Part shown: piece after piece, positions 50,316-62,765 of the stretch | How positions within the stretch are numbered: the first letter of the stretch is position 1 | Layout: each line of letters starts with the position of its first letter | From: Podarcis filfolensis | Taxonomy: Eukaryota | Length of the DNA: 64,000 bases | Assembly (NCBI GenBank): GCA_964270895.1 | Contig: OZ185436.1 | Reading direction: 5' to 3' (one strand) | The notes under the pieces: model-generated | What the model was told of the DNA's origin: nothing | What the model saw: the letters and a program-made list of their open reading frames with translations, nothing else | Database searches by the model: none | Made by a program: the position numbers and the translations under genes

Positions 50316-52220
50316 AATCCTGCCCATCTAAGAAGTTGGGGCTGAGTACATGCCTGCCCCACAGTTTTATCCTCATAGCTAAGTGGAGATGCGAACTTAG
50401 GCTTCCTTGGTCCTCATCCCAGCGTTCTACCCACTGCAGTCATTATGTGAGCTTAGTGCAGAATGAGGTTGCCTGAAAATCATGGACACCTGCTGGGTTC
50501 AGGTTGTGACATGTGTCCTGACTCTCTACCTCACAGCTGAAATTATTTCATATATCCTTTAGGCTGAACATTCTCCAGCTGCTCCCATGGCCTGGGAGCT
50601 TTTCTGTTACTCCTGAAAAGCAAAGAACAAATTTGTGCTGACCATCAATGTTCTCCTTTATTGCAATGTTCTGCTATTTGGAAATACAGCTTTGTCTTAA
50701 TCCTAATTTTGTTGTCAATCACCCTATTCTTGTGCTGAAGCGTGTATCTCCCTTTGCTTGGGGGGGGGGAAAGATTCCCCCTCCCGACCCCACAATTATC
50801 TTGCCACCTACACTATGGATAAAGCACTGCTGTTGCCGAAACAATAGCACTTGGGTTGGTGCTGGCCAACCCAGTGATGTGCTGGGCAGGAGGCAAGAGT
50901 CAGGTAGAGGCTTCCACTGGGAGAGGAGCCAGTGCTCTTTCTGGCAAGAGATGATGCAAGATAGCCGTGGAGTCAGGGGGAGGCCAAAGTCACAGTGTGC
51001 AGGACTGCGGACTGGCTAAGAGCATCCAGGCTGGTCATGGGCACTGACAGCAGCTGGTGCAGAGCACTGCTACCCAGTTGGCAGCTATTTACATTTTTAA
51101 AATAGTTTTAAATAATGAATGAATGAATGAGTAAGTAAAGCATGTGGAGTGCTGCCCCACCCCTGCAGCCTTGCATCTCGCACGTGATGGTGGGTCCTTG
51201 CAAGTCGCAGTGGCCTCTTACCTCCCAGCACACCTCTGCACCAGCTGCTGTTGGCAGCAGTAAGTATAAAATGTGGGGGTTTCAATCATCTTGAAAGGCC
51301 CCTGGTGTCATTTTGGAAAGTGGCCTCAGATGCTGAACGGCGAGGTGAATTGAATGAATTGCAAGCTGAGGAAATAGCCATGTATTGCAGCAAGAATACA
51401 TCCTCCGTACTGTACCAGTTTCTCCTGTTTCTCTTCTGCAGCTGGAAAGGGAATGCAGAAACCCCGAGTTCTGTGCCAGCTGTCTGTCCGTGAGGGCTCT
51501 GCATTTCCTCCTAATAAAAACTGTGATTCTCCTTATGCAAAGCACAGGACACACTGAGGGGGAAGCAGCTTAATGCCAGGAGTTGCCAGGGCACCTTTGT
51601 ATTTGGAAGAGGAATCCAGACTTCTGAATGCCAATAAATCCACTGGAGCTGGCCTCAGCGTTCCAGAGGACTGTCTCCCCCCCCCCCCCTCTTTTTTTCT
51701 TTTTGCAGCTCTTTGCTTGGGCCATTGTGAGTTGCTGTTGTTCTAAAGTAACTATAAGGGGGAGGTGGGACTTGACAGAATGGAGAAAATATTGTCCCCC
51801 TGTCAAATGACTTTAAGGGTGCTTAATAATTAGTTTGTTGTATCTTTCCCCATTTTCCCCAAATTAGAAACATAATGCAGCCATTTGAAGAATCAAATAT
51901 GACAGCTGATGTTAACTTGCTGCTTCTAAGCATAGTCCTAAAACAATGCTAGCCATAGAACCACAATGTATCAGTGCTTTTATGGTAGCAGGTTGATATT
52001 TAAAACATGAATATCCCCTACTGCCAGGTTTTGCTTTCAAAATGGAGCCATTCTGTGCACAAAATAGTTTCCAGCTTGAATAAATAGGTTGAAAGTAGGA
52101 CTTTGATCAGTTTATTCCACAACCAACGTGCAGTGGTAGCTCATTTGATACGCAGAACGCAACTATCTTCCTACTGGGAAGCACCTTTCTCTCAAGGATA
52201 ATACATTTTATTGGAGCTCC

Positions 52221-52879
52221 ATTTGCAGGGAAACCAAAATGCTTGTTTACAAAACTATTGTACTACCAACCTTACTGTACGCTTGTGGAACATGGACCAC
52301 TTATAAATGCCATCTCCAACTCCTCAAAAGATTCCATCAATGGTGCCTCTGAAATGTTTTTATATATCACTTGGGAAGACAGGCGAACAAATATCAATGT
52401 ACTAGAAGAAGCAAAGATCACTAGCGTTGAAGCAATGATTCTTCGACATCAACTTCATTGGACTGGTCATGTTTTTCAGATGCCTGATTATCGTCTTCCA
52501 AAGCAACTACTCTATTCCAAACTTAATGCTGGTGGTCAACAAAAGAGGTTTAAAGACTCCCTCAAGGCAAATCTTTAAAACTGTAGTATAAACACCAACA
52601 ATGGGGAAACTGACCTGCGAGCGCTCCAATTGGAGAACAGCCTTTACCAAAGCTGACATGGACTTTGAAGAAGCACAAACTCAGGATGACAGGGAGAGAC
52701 AAGCTAAGAGGAAGGCAAACCCTTACCATGATCAACTCCCGCCTGGAAACCGATGTCCCCACCGTGGAAGGACGTGTGGATCCAGAATTGTCCCCCACAG
52801 TCACTTACGGACTCACTGTTATGATCATGTTCAAGGAAGACAATCTTATTAGTCTATGAGTGATCGCCAAAAAAGAAAG
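52221..52879 (+). mobile_element. RTE-clade LINE 3' fragment (non-BovB) with C-terminal zinc-finger remnant
   Basis: Frameshifted RT C-terminus (ITWEDRRTNINVLEEAKITSVEAMILRHQLHWTGHVFQMPDYRLPKQLLYS...GGQQKRFKDSLKANL; CPHRGRTCGSRIVPHSHLRTH); tail GATCGCCAAAAAAGAAAG; TSD ATTTTATTGGAGCTCC (52205-52220) / ATTTTCTTGCAGCTCC (52880-52895), 14/16. Confidence 0.88.
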
Positions 52880-53350
52880 ATTTTCTTGCAGCTCCAAAGT
52901 TGCTGGGGAAATGCAATTCTTTACTTGGGTTGTGGGTCACTGCTGCAGTTTGGAGCAATGAAATATGATTGTACCTATGGCTAGTGCATGTGATATTTAT
53001 CTCCTGCTTTTCCTCCATGATGGAATACATCAAGGCAGTGTGCACAGGCACCAAAGTACTGATCAGTTTCAAAAGCTGCTTAGCTTCAGCAAGGTAACTG
53101 TATCACAAGCCTTGGGATCTACTCCCGATAAGCAGCACAACTCAGCTCCCCCACATTGACTGCACCACATTGTCACTCTAGCATGGCCTGCATAGGAGAT
53201 TTTTCATTAAAATGGAAATTGATTGGCCTCAAGGCAAAGTGTGGAGAAGCCAGCCAGCATTATCACCACCTTTTATTTAGACACGTGGGCAATTGACCTA
53301 ACAGGTGATCAGCGGTAGGCTCATCACTAGATTGAGGAGGCACCAAGTCA

Positions 53351-53490
53351 CATAGAATTATAGTGCTGGAAGAAGCTGGGGAGGACATCTACTCCAACCC
53401 ATTGCTCAGCACAGGACCTGCAGTGCAAGGAGCTGCTACAGTATCCATGACAGGTGGCTGTCCAGCCTCTGCTTAAATATCCCCACTGAA
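53351..53490 (-). mobile_element. CR1 3' end fragment
   Basis: CATAGAATTATAGTGCTGGAAG...CATCTACTCCAACCC...GTCCAGCCTCTGCTTAAA. Confidence 0.65.
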
Positions 53491-53759
53491 GTTAGATTGG
53501 ATAAGGGATGTAAAAAGAGAGGATGCTAATCCTGTGTGGAAATAGGTATTGGGCTAGACAGGTGCTCCAAACATGGTAGCTGAGGTTAAGCTGCCAACCA
53601 AGCTGGAGAGAGAGGCGAACTGAATTCCTGTTCTGGGACCCTTTGCTGCCTACAGAGCTGCCTAAGAACTTGAGACTTGAAAGCAAAGAGGTCTCTTCAC
53701 ATGCTGCTGCCTTTTCAGTCATGCTTAGGAACATAAGCCCCTGCCTTTTAAAATATTTG

Positions 53760-53925
53760 CCCATCTAGGCCAGTGTTGTCTGCTTTGAACGGCAGCAGCT
53801 CTCAGGGGTCCCGGTCAAAGGCCTTTTTGATCATCTGCTACCTAGTCCTCTTTACTTTGTTCTTTGCCTGGGATTGGGACCTTCTATGTGCAAAGCATGT
53901 GCTCTGTCACTGAGCTACGCTTCCC
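53760..53925 (-). mobile_element. tRNA(Ala)-headed SINE
   Basis: GGGACCTTCTATGTGCAAAGCATGTGCTCTGTCACTGAGCTAC head; CCATCTAGGCCAGTGTTGTCT body. Confidence 0.7.
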
Positions 53926-56900
53926 CCCTCTCCTCCCAGGGACTTCCTTGCAAGGGCTGTATCATGGAAAGCAAATGGCTTGAGTCTGCTGTCTGCAAGA
54001 TGGGGAGAGAGAAGGCTTCCCTAATGGTCATGCAGCAATAAACAGGCATCGCATCCGTGGGTCCATCTTCCTACCGAGCCTTTTTCTGCTTTCGCCATCC
54101 AGACCCTACTCATCTTCCAAAGCTGAGAATTAAAGGCCCATTGTTTTTGTTCCAACTCCAGTGTTCAGTCACTGGATCACACTGCGCCAGCTACAGACAC
54201 GCTACAAATGCCCTTTTGCTTCCCTTGTGTAATAATCTCTTCCAGGCCTACATCTGGCTGCTGTCTCACCCTGGTGTACATTACAGAGATATGTACATCG
54301 CCGCCCTCTTGGGGGTAATGCAATAATTTGGCAGTTTTAGATGTAATTAGGCAGTTTCTTAAGAAGCGGCGTCTTTTCCCAAGAGAGAAAGAGTGAGAGA
54401 GCAGCCTTGTGGAGAGATGATAAATCCATAATTAGGGAGGGTTTTTGAAGTGTCTTTAATGCACACAGCCCTGCCTGGGGAAGCGTACTCCTGGCCCTGC
54501 TTCACAAAGCCCAGAGCAAACAAGGTGAAGTGCTGCAGGACAAAGACATGGGACCCTGCTGAGGCTGGAGTTGGACAGCATTCTCTCAATAGTGGGAAGG
54601 GGCAGCATGGGGGCAGCTTTCAGCCTGCTTGTTAAATCTCTAGCTTAAGCTGGGATTCTTTGGGTCAGTTTGCATGGTGAAGCAGGAAATTAACATGAAA
54701 GGCTCTGCAGGGGATAATCTCTCCCATCAGTTTGTGCTGACACAATTGCTGGGGAGTATTGTGTTGCAAGAAGCAAGGGAATGATGATGTGAGGTAGGGA
54801 AAAGGGGGACCAGGCCTGAGAGAGGCACGAACCAGATGCAGCTGCAGGTATTTTCCTTATTGATTGTATATTCAAATGGGAGCGAACAAAAAAGTTTATA
54901 AAGTGCTCTGCACTTTAATAAAAGTGCTGCACAAATTGTGGCCATCATGATGATCAATAATACTTCTTTCCAGAGTAGTAAATTGGGTAAGTGCTAACTC
55001 CACATGGTACATGGTCATAAGAATGCTAACAGTTATTGAATATTGATGACAATCAAGAGTCACTGGTTGGTTGTGGACACGCTCCCTTACAGGAATAAAT
55101 ACCACTAAGCATGGTTACATGGTTACATGGTGCTCTTCTGTCAACACTGATAGTATGTGAACCAATTTGGTCACAGAAACACTGTTGTACGCCATGCAGC
55201 TAACCTTTTTTTCGCCTGAGGGCCACATTCATCCTTGACCGAACCTCCTGGAGGCTGCGCACCAATGGTTGATGTGGCCCCCTACACCTCATATGTAGTT
55301 CAGTTTGTATCTTCTCTGCCTACCAGAGTTCTGTGTCCGCTTTAATTGTCTCCCCCCCTTTTTTTTTGCCACTGCCAAAATTTGTGCAGAAGTTAGCCAA
55401 CTCTGCCATACAGGTTATAACTATTGTGCCTACAATCCTGATAAGAAGGTAGCCCCACCCATGGTGTATTACCAGTCTTACAGAGTAAAAATATATATGA
55501 GTATATGAGGCCTCAGTCAAGAGACTGCTATGCTTTGGGAAACAGGGAGAGTGGTGGGCATTCTCATCCATTGCATAATTTTAAAAAGATGTAGTCTCCT
55601 GTGGGCAAGGTTTAGTAGAATACATTGTGCTGCAAAAGTTTAGCTTGAGCTTCTGTATTGTATATTTTGCCCAATTTTTGTTGTTGTTGTTGTTAATGAA
55701 TGCTTGTTTTTGTATGGTCCTGCCTCCTTGAGCCTCAGTTGTGCCCCTTCATAGCAGGCTTTCTCAGGCTGGAGACCCATTTGCAGTTTTATTAGTCCAA
55801 GATGTTATTAGTCACTGCAATGGAGTATGGAAGGTGCCACTGAAGTGGGGATTATTTCTGCATCAGCCGTTGTTCTGCCTGCATCCCATATTAAATTTGG
55901 GCAGTGTAGGGAACGTGGAGAGAATGGCTCTTGTTCAGGACACAGTGTTCCCTGGCTGTGATATATATGGTCCTATTTCACCCCATCTCTTGTCCTGCTC
56001 TGAGCTAAGCCATACTCTTTTATTGTATGAGGAAATTTACAACTGCTTGCTCATGTTGTGCCCTCAGCTTCCATGGGGAATCACTGTCTTGTTGCCAGAG
56101 ACCCAGGCAAGGAAGCCAAGAGTGGGACAGCTGTATGTCTCTTCCCTCTGTGCAGTAGCTGTCAGCATCCCCTTCCAAGTTGGGGAAACTTGCAGGAGTC
56201 AAAATGCTCAGGAGGAAACACTCCTCCTGCTGTGATTGCAAGCACCCATCTGCAGCACTAGGGAGAATTCAACAGCAGGGGGCATGGGAGGCAGGGACCA
56301 CTGGAAACAGCACTTTTATTTTATGTTTTCTTGTTCTCTTGCATTTCATTAAAAATACAGAGTACTTTATTGTGGCTCCCTCTGGAAAAGTGACATGCTT
56401 TTTCATATCACATGTGCAGAACTCAAAACACAGACTGTGTGTGCAAACAACTTGGGATGGGCCGGGTCTGGTGTATAGACCCCAGGAGTCCTGACAGCTC
56501 CTACCCCCACTTTTCTAAAATCTGGTTCCCAAGCCTTTTCCCTGACACTCCCACAAGATGTCATTCCTCTTTCAGGTCAAGCTGTGCAAACCAAAAATTC
56601 CTGTACAAGACAGTGGATATTTTTCTTAGCTTGGCAATACAGTGTACACATTCCCATTATATGAGTGGACATTTCCTTGTCCTTAACCTACAAATGAAAT
56701 TGGCATTGTGGGTCAGAGCACAGGGGGTGGGCCAGAAGATGGAGAAGCTATTGTGTTTAATTCAGCAAAGGCCCCATTGTAGCTCAGCTGGGGGGCGAGT
56801 AGCAGCTGTCAGAGCATCTGTCTGCCAGCAGGGGCCTGTTATCAGGTTTGGCTATGGGGATTATGGCTGGGGAGTGGGTTGTTGTTTCTTCTGTGTCAAA

Positions 56901-58082
56901 AATACTTAATCCCATGTTTACACCCTTCTTTTGGTGAATAGAGACTACAGGACAGCCCAATAATGGAGCAAAACATCTCTCTATATGCCATTCCCCCCAG
57001 AGCTGGAACACGCCTGGTTCCTGCCCTCTGTTATCACCACACATTGAATTTCAGATCCCAGGGGTATGGGGCAGGAGAAATATATGAGCCTTGGGTAGGC
57101 ACTGATCAAGTGTCACTTTAATATTTCCCTTTGACTGAAACAGCACCAGAAAGGCCTTCTGGCTGTGGGCACACTGGATTTCAGGCCCGTTTCCATGGCA
57201 ACGTAGGTAGCCTAGTGGCCAGAGCAATATCCACCTCACATGAGATTTAGACTCACAGCCTTTGATGAAAGAGGACCACTGTTCAGTATTCATGCAAGAA
57301 AGTGTGAGCTGGGACTTCTGATTTCTGTCCCCAATTTATTAGCGTGGAGGGTGATGAACATTTCTTCCTTTATTTCAGTATGACCTCAGTACTTCCAAGG
57401 ATAATGCATGCTAGGCTCACTCTATACTCGGTGCTCTCCAGTGCTGACTTATCCCACTGGGTTATGTGCTAGTTATGAGGGGAAAGATAACCGTGCATAG
57501 TAAGTTTAAAGCCTTTGCTGCCATTGCCTGTTACTGTATTCTGTATTGAGATTGGGCCTGCAGAACATAAGGCCGCAAGGCCAGAATGTGGCCCTGGGGG
57601 AGATTCCAAAAGCCTGTTTGAGGCCTATGGAAGCAACCATGGCCTATGCAGGCCCACCACTGGTGGTGATGGGAGAATGCACAGATCATATTTTGGGTTG
57701 CTGTTCTCCTCCCTGGATTCAGAGCCACATGATGGAATTGGTACCACTTTTTCCATCATGTTGCAGTCATGCATGGCTCAGCCTGCCTGCGTCTGATGTT
57801 CCCTCAATGTGTGAATTGCTAGCAGTATATATTGTTACAACAAAACTCAACAAGGAGTAGAAAAGTAGGGGAAGTTGACAGAAACACAACAACAGATGCT
57901 CAATGAAAAAAGGAGTTACAGATATGGTGCAGAATGTGTACTTTGGGGTGCAGGGAGAAAAAAGGGGGATTTCAACCTTCCAAAAATTATCTGGAGTCAC
58001 AAGTGAGGTAGCAACCATAGAATATACCAAATTATTCAGGATGGTAGGATCCCAGACAGACTGAGGGGGTGGAGAATCCAAA

Positions 58083-58740
58083 AGGATGTCTCTAAACTGG
58101 GTGGATGGACATTGGCATGTAACACTGAATATAAGTTAATGAAAAGATATGCACAATGGGATTAAAAAAAATCCTAGTCCTTTATAACACATGAACTAAC
58201 CATGACTTTGCAGGAAAGAGAAACATAAACTTAAGCTGCACCAATTGTGAAAAAGGCAAATTCCATATTGGAAATTACAAGGAAAAGAGATTGAAAATAA
58301 AATAGCAAGTATCATAATGTCTAAATCTGTGGTACTGTCAAACTTGAAATACTGTGCTTACTTCTGGTCATTCGTCTCAAACAAAGATAATGGAACTGAA
58401 AATGAAAAGCCAAATGACCAAGGGATCAGAACCTCTTTCCTATGATAGCTCAAGTGTCTGGGGTTGTTTAGTTTTTTTCTGTTTAGAAAAAAGAAAAAAG
58501 ATGACGAAGGGGGACCTTACAGAAGTTTAGAAAATTATGGTGTGGCGAAAGTGATAGGTTTCCACATCATAGTTGAATTTGGGAGTCACCCAATGAAATT
58601 GATTGGCGGGAGATTCAGAACAGATAAAAGGAAGTGTTTGTTCAATTAACCTGTGAGGTTCACGGCCGCAAGTTGTAATGGATGCCATTATCTTAGATAG
58701 CTTTAAAAAGAATTTAGACATAGTTCATGGAGGATGATAG
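58083..58740 (+). mobile_element. CR1 LINE 3' fragment (degenerate)
   Basis: Remnants of CR1 RT C-terminus (AACTTGAAATACTGTG..TTCTGGTC; CTGGGGTTGTTTAGT; GGGAGATTCAGAACAGATAAAAGGAAGTG) and 3' UTR. Confidence 0.75.
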
Positions 58741-58775
58741 AAGCCCTCCCCCCCCAAAAAAAAGAGTGATTTAAA

Positions 58776-59042
58776 AATGGGTACTGTGATTTCTGAGTTT
58801 GGACTCATCACACCAAAAATCAGGCGAACTCATGCCCAAGTCACATTTTGGTCCACCATCTTGATTCAAAATGGCACCCTGCGTCCAAACTATGATGAAG
58901 ACAGCTGCTCTCATCTTGGGAACCCTCATGCCAAGTTTGGCGATTATATCTCAAGAGGTGTCCAAACAAATAAGATAACAAACAAACAAACAAACAAACA
59001 AACAAACAGGTAGACAAACCATTTCATAAAATCTAGAACAGA
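58776..59042 (+). mobile_element. Possible non-autonomous Helitron/Helentron-like (HINE-type) element
   Basis: CATGCCAAGTTTGG (58927-58940) followed by an (AAAC)n tract and a short CTAG/AGAT-containing end; internal hairpin CCATCTTG-ATT-CAAAATGG (58856-58874). Assignment is by recalled architecture. Confidence 0.4.
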
Positions 59043-60212
59043 TGAACAACAGTTATAATGTAAGTCTCTTCGGGTCACCTTTGTGAGGAAAGTGACTAAT
59101 AAATAGCAATAGAAGAAATAATGAAGCTTCTGCACACAGAAGTGTATCTCCATATTCCATGGAGGGGGAGGGGGGAACGCTTCCTGGAAGCACTGTTGTT
59201 TTGTCCAGGGAGGCAAATTTTCGGAAGGAGTGCAGAGAGAGGGTTGAGGAACAAGAGGACTGAGCATAGCTTTGAGAGGGAGCGGCAGAGAGACAGACAG
59301 GCAGACAGAGACAAAGTCATGTTAGAGGAAAAAGAAAGCACTGTTGGGCACAAAAAGAAGGGCTGCAGTGTTCCAAGAGAAAACAAGTTGACAGAGAATA
59401 GGCTTGGAAAACACCGTGTTAAAATAAGTAACAAAAATGCCTTTTTATGGTTAACGAGGCAGTGTTATTTTCCTGAACTAATAAGAATGTAAGTGTAGCT
59501 GTCAGGGTGATTTGAATTGTGCCCCCCCCCCCCGCTTTAAACACTGCCCTGATAGGCCTAGTGGTCATTAACCTCCTCCTGCCCTGGCTCCAATGATCAC
59601 TCATTGGGTCCAGTGTTTTAGGCCCGGGTGGGGAACCTCTCTAGCCAGTCCTCTGAACTCTCCTGAAGCCATACCTCCTTCCCAAGGCATACCCCCTCTA
59701 GATAGGCCACCCCTCTCGTGTTGCAATCATAAACTTCCATTGGTTCTTTACTGTTCCTGTGCAGCTCTTTGCATGTTCGCGCCAAGTATTTGTGCTTCCC
59801 CTTCTTGGACTGAAAGGGTTGTACTGTATGTAGGCTTGTGTAACTTTGCAGCAAGGCTGGCTTTAATACAAAGTTTTTGAAGCCATTACTTTGGAAAATT
59901 CCAGAAAGGGCATCATATTTCTGTCTCCATCTCTCTGTTGTCTTGGTTTAAATGAGCCCCAGTTCATAGTGGACGTCATTGTTGCTCGTGTGGGAAAGTG
60001 TACATGGCTTTGCAGACATTGCAAGCATAGAGAGGCGGGCTGCAGCTGCAGGGTAAGTGGGGCTCTGAGAAAAGTAGGGTAGGATTAGAGTGGAGGATGC
60101 CTTCACATCTGTATGGTTGGGAGCCATTTCAGCAAGGGCACTGAGAAAGATGCACCACCAAAGTGGTTGTACTTTTCATGCATGATGAAACAGCTGCTAC
60201 TATGCTGCAGTC

Positions 60213-60213
<1 letters not shown>

Positions 60214-60253
<40 letters not shown>
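60214..60253. repeat. (GT)20 microsatellite, about 0.7 kb upstream of the ADGRL1 start-codon exon
   Basis: Direct. Confidence 0.95.
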
Positions 60254-60255
<2 letters not shown>

Positions 60256-60937
60256 ACCAGCTCCTAAAATTAGTGGGGGTAAGGGGAGTACCTGAACAGA
60301 GCCTGGGTATGGAGGACTCTGGGTTTTAAGGTACAGCGCAGAACAGGAATAGGGACACAGCTTTGGGCAGGTCTGTTTTGCAGCTCCTGTTGCATGCCAA
60401 AAATGAACCTATTTACCCTGGCCTTTGACAGTTAAAAGTATTTTGTTTTGTGGGACCCACCTCTTTTGGTTTTGGCTGGAACAGTTTTACTTAGTTGCAA
60501 TTCTTTTCAAAGAAAAAAAACTTTTGTTTTTATAACTGTATATTCTGTTGTCTCCTGTTCTGGTGCCTTACAGTGAAGGGCAGATAATAACTGATATATA
60601 AATACTGTAATTCCCTTCCTTTAAAATTTAAATGGTGTATACTTTTCGAGGGAAGTGGCAACTTCATCAACTTATGCCCCTTTCTGTTAGAACCCCCTCT
60701 TCTAGAGAAAAGGCTTCCATGATTGTATGGGCATAGGTAGATGTGTTGAGCTGTAGGGGCTTCCTAGGAAATACACTGAGTGGTGGTGGGCTGATTGGGA
60801 CAACAACGTATGGGTCCTAGAGCAGGGAAGACAATGCAGAAGAGTTGTGACTTTTACTTGGGGCAAAGTAAGGGCAGAGGGTAATCACTGCTTCTGCTGC
60901 TAACCAGACTCAAGACTCCTCTTCTTTCTTCCACCAG

Positions 60938-61013
60938 GCCTGCTGTTGTGTCCTCCACTCTGGGATGACCAGAGTGGCTCCAGGTTGCTGACAGCTCCAG
61001 CATCGAGTGCAGC
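60938..61013 (+). other. ADGRL1: 5' UTR portion of the ADGRL1 start-codon exon
   Basis: 3' splice site CTCCTCTTCTTTCTTCCACCAG|G (AG at 60936-60937) with branch-point-like CTAAC at 60900-60904; contiguous with the CDS at 61014. Confidence 0.85.
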
Positions 61014-61083
61014 ATGGCCCGGCTCATCCATGCCCTCTGGAGTCTCTGCATCACCACTGTCCTTGTCACCTCAGCCACCCAAG
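61014..61083 (+). CDS. ADGRL1: Latrophilin-1 / adhesion GPCR L1, first coding exon (signal peptide; partial CDS, phase-1 donor)
   Basis: ATG at 61014 in strong Kozak context (AGCATGG). The 70 nt translate to [23 protein letters not shown] plus the first base of G, ending at donor CAAG|GTAAGG. Matches the human ADGRL1 N-terminus as I recall it ([24 protein letters not shown]) at 18/24 positions. The next coding exon (LSRAGLPFGLMRRELACEG-like) was not found in the window. Confidence 0.93.
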
Positions 61084-61637
61084 GTAAGGGGAGTTCAAGA
61101 GAGGCAGCCCTTGGAAGGCAAGACTTCTTCCTGAGTGAGTCCAGGCCTTGTGATTAATTGAGTCATAAGCTTTTGTCTTGCTGCCACAGCAAGGCCAGGA
61201 GAAAACAAAATGAAACTCTCAACTGATACAAAATAGAAGTGAGCAATCCTGCAGTTCCCAGAATAAAACTTTTATTTTATTTTTTTCCAGAATAAGCAGT
61301 AAGATAATTTTTAGAACAGTATTTAACTGCTTCTGTTGAGCATGTCAAAATATTTTCTAATTAAGTACTGGAAACAGAAGTACTTTATTTAGAAATGTAC
61401 GGTGCTTTGCAATTACAATTCCTGGCCTTGTCATAGATATATATTGGTGCGTAACCAAAAAGTGCTTCATGTTAAACCTTCCCAATAAGAAGAGGACAAT
61501 GCCCCTGAAAGTGCAGAAGGAACCCTGGAATTATGACTGGCTATATTTTGGTGTGCTTGTGAATCTTGATTGGATTGTTCCTGAAGTTTTGGAGTAGGAC
61601 ATGATATGAACAAGTTAAAATTAGGAACCATGTAAAA

Positions 61638-61996
61638 CAGGGGGTCGAGTGTGGCCCTCCAGCAATCTCTATGCCCCTCAAGTCTCTCCTCAAGCCTCAG
61701 CCCTTCCTTAAGCCGCACCTGCACTACATCCTCCTTGAGGGCCTTTTCCTGGCTGGAATGCATCCTTGAAAGGTGAAATTGCCTCTTCCTTGTCTGGATG
61801 GAGAGCAATGTGGGATGTATAGAAGTCTCAGACTTTTATGTGGCTGGAATATGGCCTACTGTACATAGGTAAAGAGACACGTCCTTTGCTCCGCCCACTT
61901 TTTGCCTCTGTCCCAGCCCACCAGTGGGCATGTTTCTCCCCAGAAGGTTGCCTATAAAGGAAGGCAGCCCTCAGGCTGAAAAAGGTTCACCACCTG
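61638..61996. mobile_element. hAT-like MITE; partial related copies at about 36921-37025 and 55190-55280
   Basis: Reverse complement of the right end (CAGGTGGTGAACCTTTTTCAGCCTGAGGG..GGCAACCTTC..CAGAGGCAAAAAGTGGGC) aligns with 36921-37025; no clean TSD. Confidence 0.55.
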
Positions 61997-62419
61997 ACAC
62001 ACATAATCTGAAGCTGCTAAAGCTTTTGTCGGAAAGCTTTCACTGTAGTGTGGCACTGCAAAAGGAGGGGGAGGAGAGAAATTTCATATGCATATTAAAT
62101 GCAGATTTCAAAATATCTGTCATAATTTATGAAATACAATGCATCTCACTAAAGGTGACCCACCTGTCTGCTCTGTCTTACGTTCAGCTGCTAAATGTTG
62201 ATAAGCAGCATCTCAGCAAATCGTGCCTCTCCCTTTTCCCTAGTCAAGGGTCAGAGTATCTTGGAACATCACCTGAATTGCCTTTTAGGGAACATTTTAT
62301 TTCTGATCCTCAGGCGGATCAAACATAATCCACACTACTTAGCCGTCTGCCTCCAGAGGGTCAAATATATGGGTCTCCAAAACACAAACTGAGGCAAGTC
62401 TAAATATAAGTGGAAGTGG

Positions 62420-62545
62420 GGTTATTGATCGGTTTTGCTCTTGTTTTATTATGTATTTTGTGTTTACATTTTGTATTTTTATCTTGTGAACCACCCTGTG
62501 ATCTTCAGATGAAGGGCTGTATACAAATTTATTTATTTTTTTAAA
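62420..62545 (+). mobile_element. L2-type 3' tail
   Basis: T-rich 3' UTR ending TGTGAACCACCCTGTGATCTTCAGATGAAGGGCTGTATACAAATTT. Confidence 0.5.
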
Positions 62546-62765
62546 TTAAGTATTTGCCATAAGCTACTGTCTGTCCTGTGGGGAGGTTGCATGCTTTGCC
62601 CTCCCTGCACTTTGTTGTTGTTTTTTTGTTGCATTTACCCATGAGCAATTACTTGTGCATCCTGATCCTGAATGCATCATACTAGTGCAGCCATCTTGAC
62701 TTGTAAGTGGTACATAAAGTAATAAATAATAATAAAATTCATCATCACCCTATACATGCTGCTTG

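Larger units (their letters stand above)
1..60937 (+). other. ADGRL1: ADGRL1 first intron (5' UTR intron; start lies outside the window; may contain alternative UTR exons)
   Basis: Inference: the start-codon exon has an acceptor, so it is internal. No other recognisable coding exon occurs upstream, and a CpG island lies at the left edge. Confidence 0.65.

Noticed and set aside
55750-56040. Possible Penelope/L1 coding remnant
   Set aside because: I could not recover convincing GIY-YIG or RT motifs in any frame.
61014-61083. Link to alpha-latrotoxin resistance through substitutions in latrophilin-1
   Set aside because: Only the cleaved signal peptide is in the window; the toxin-binding extracellular domains are not.
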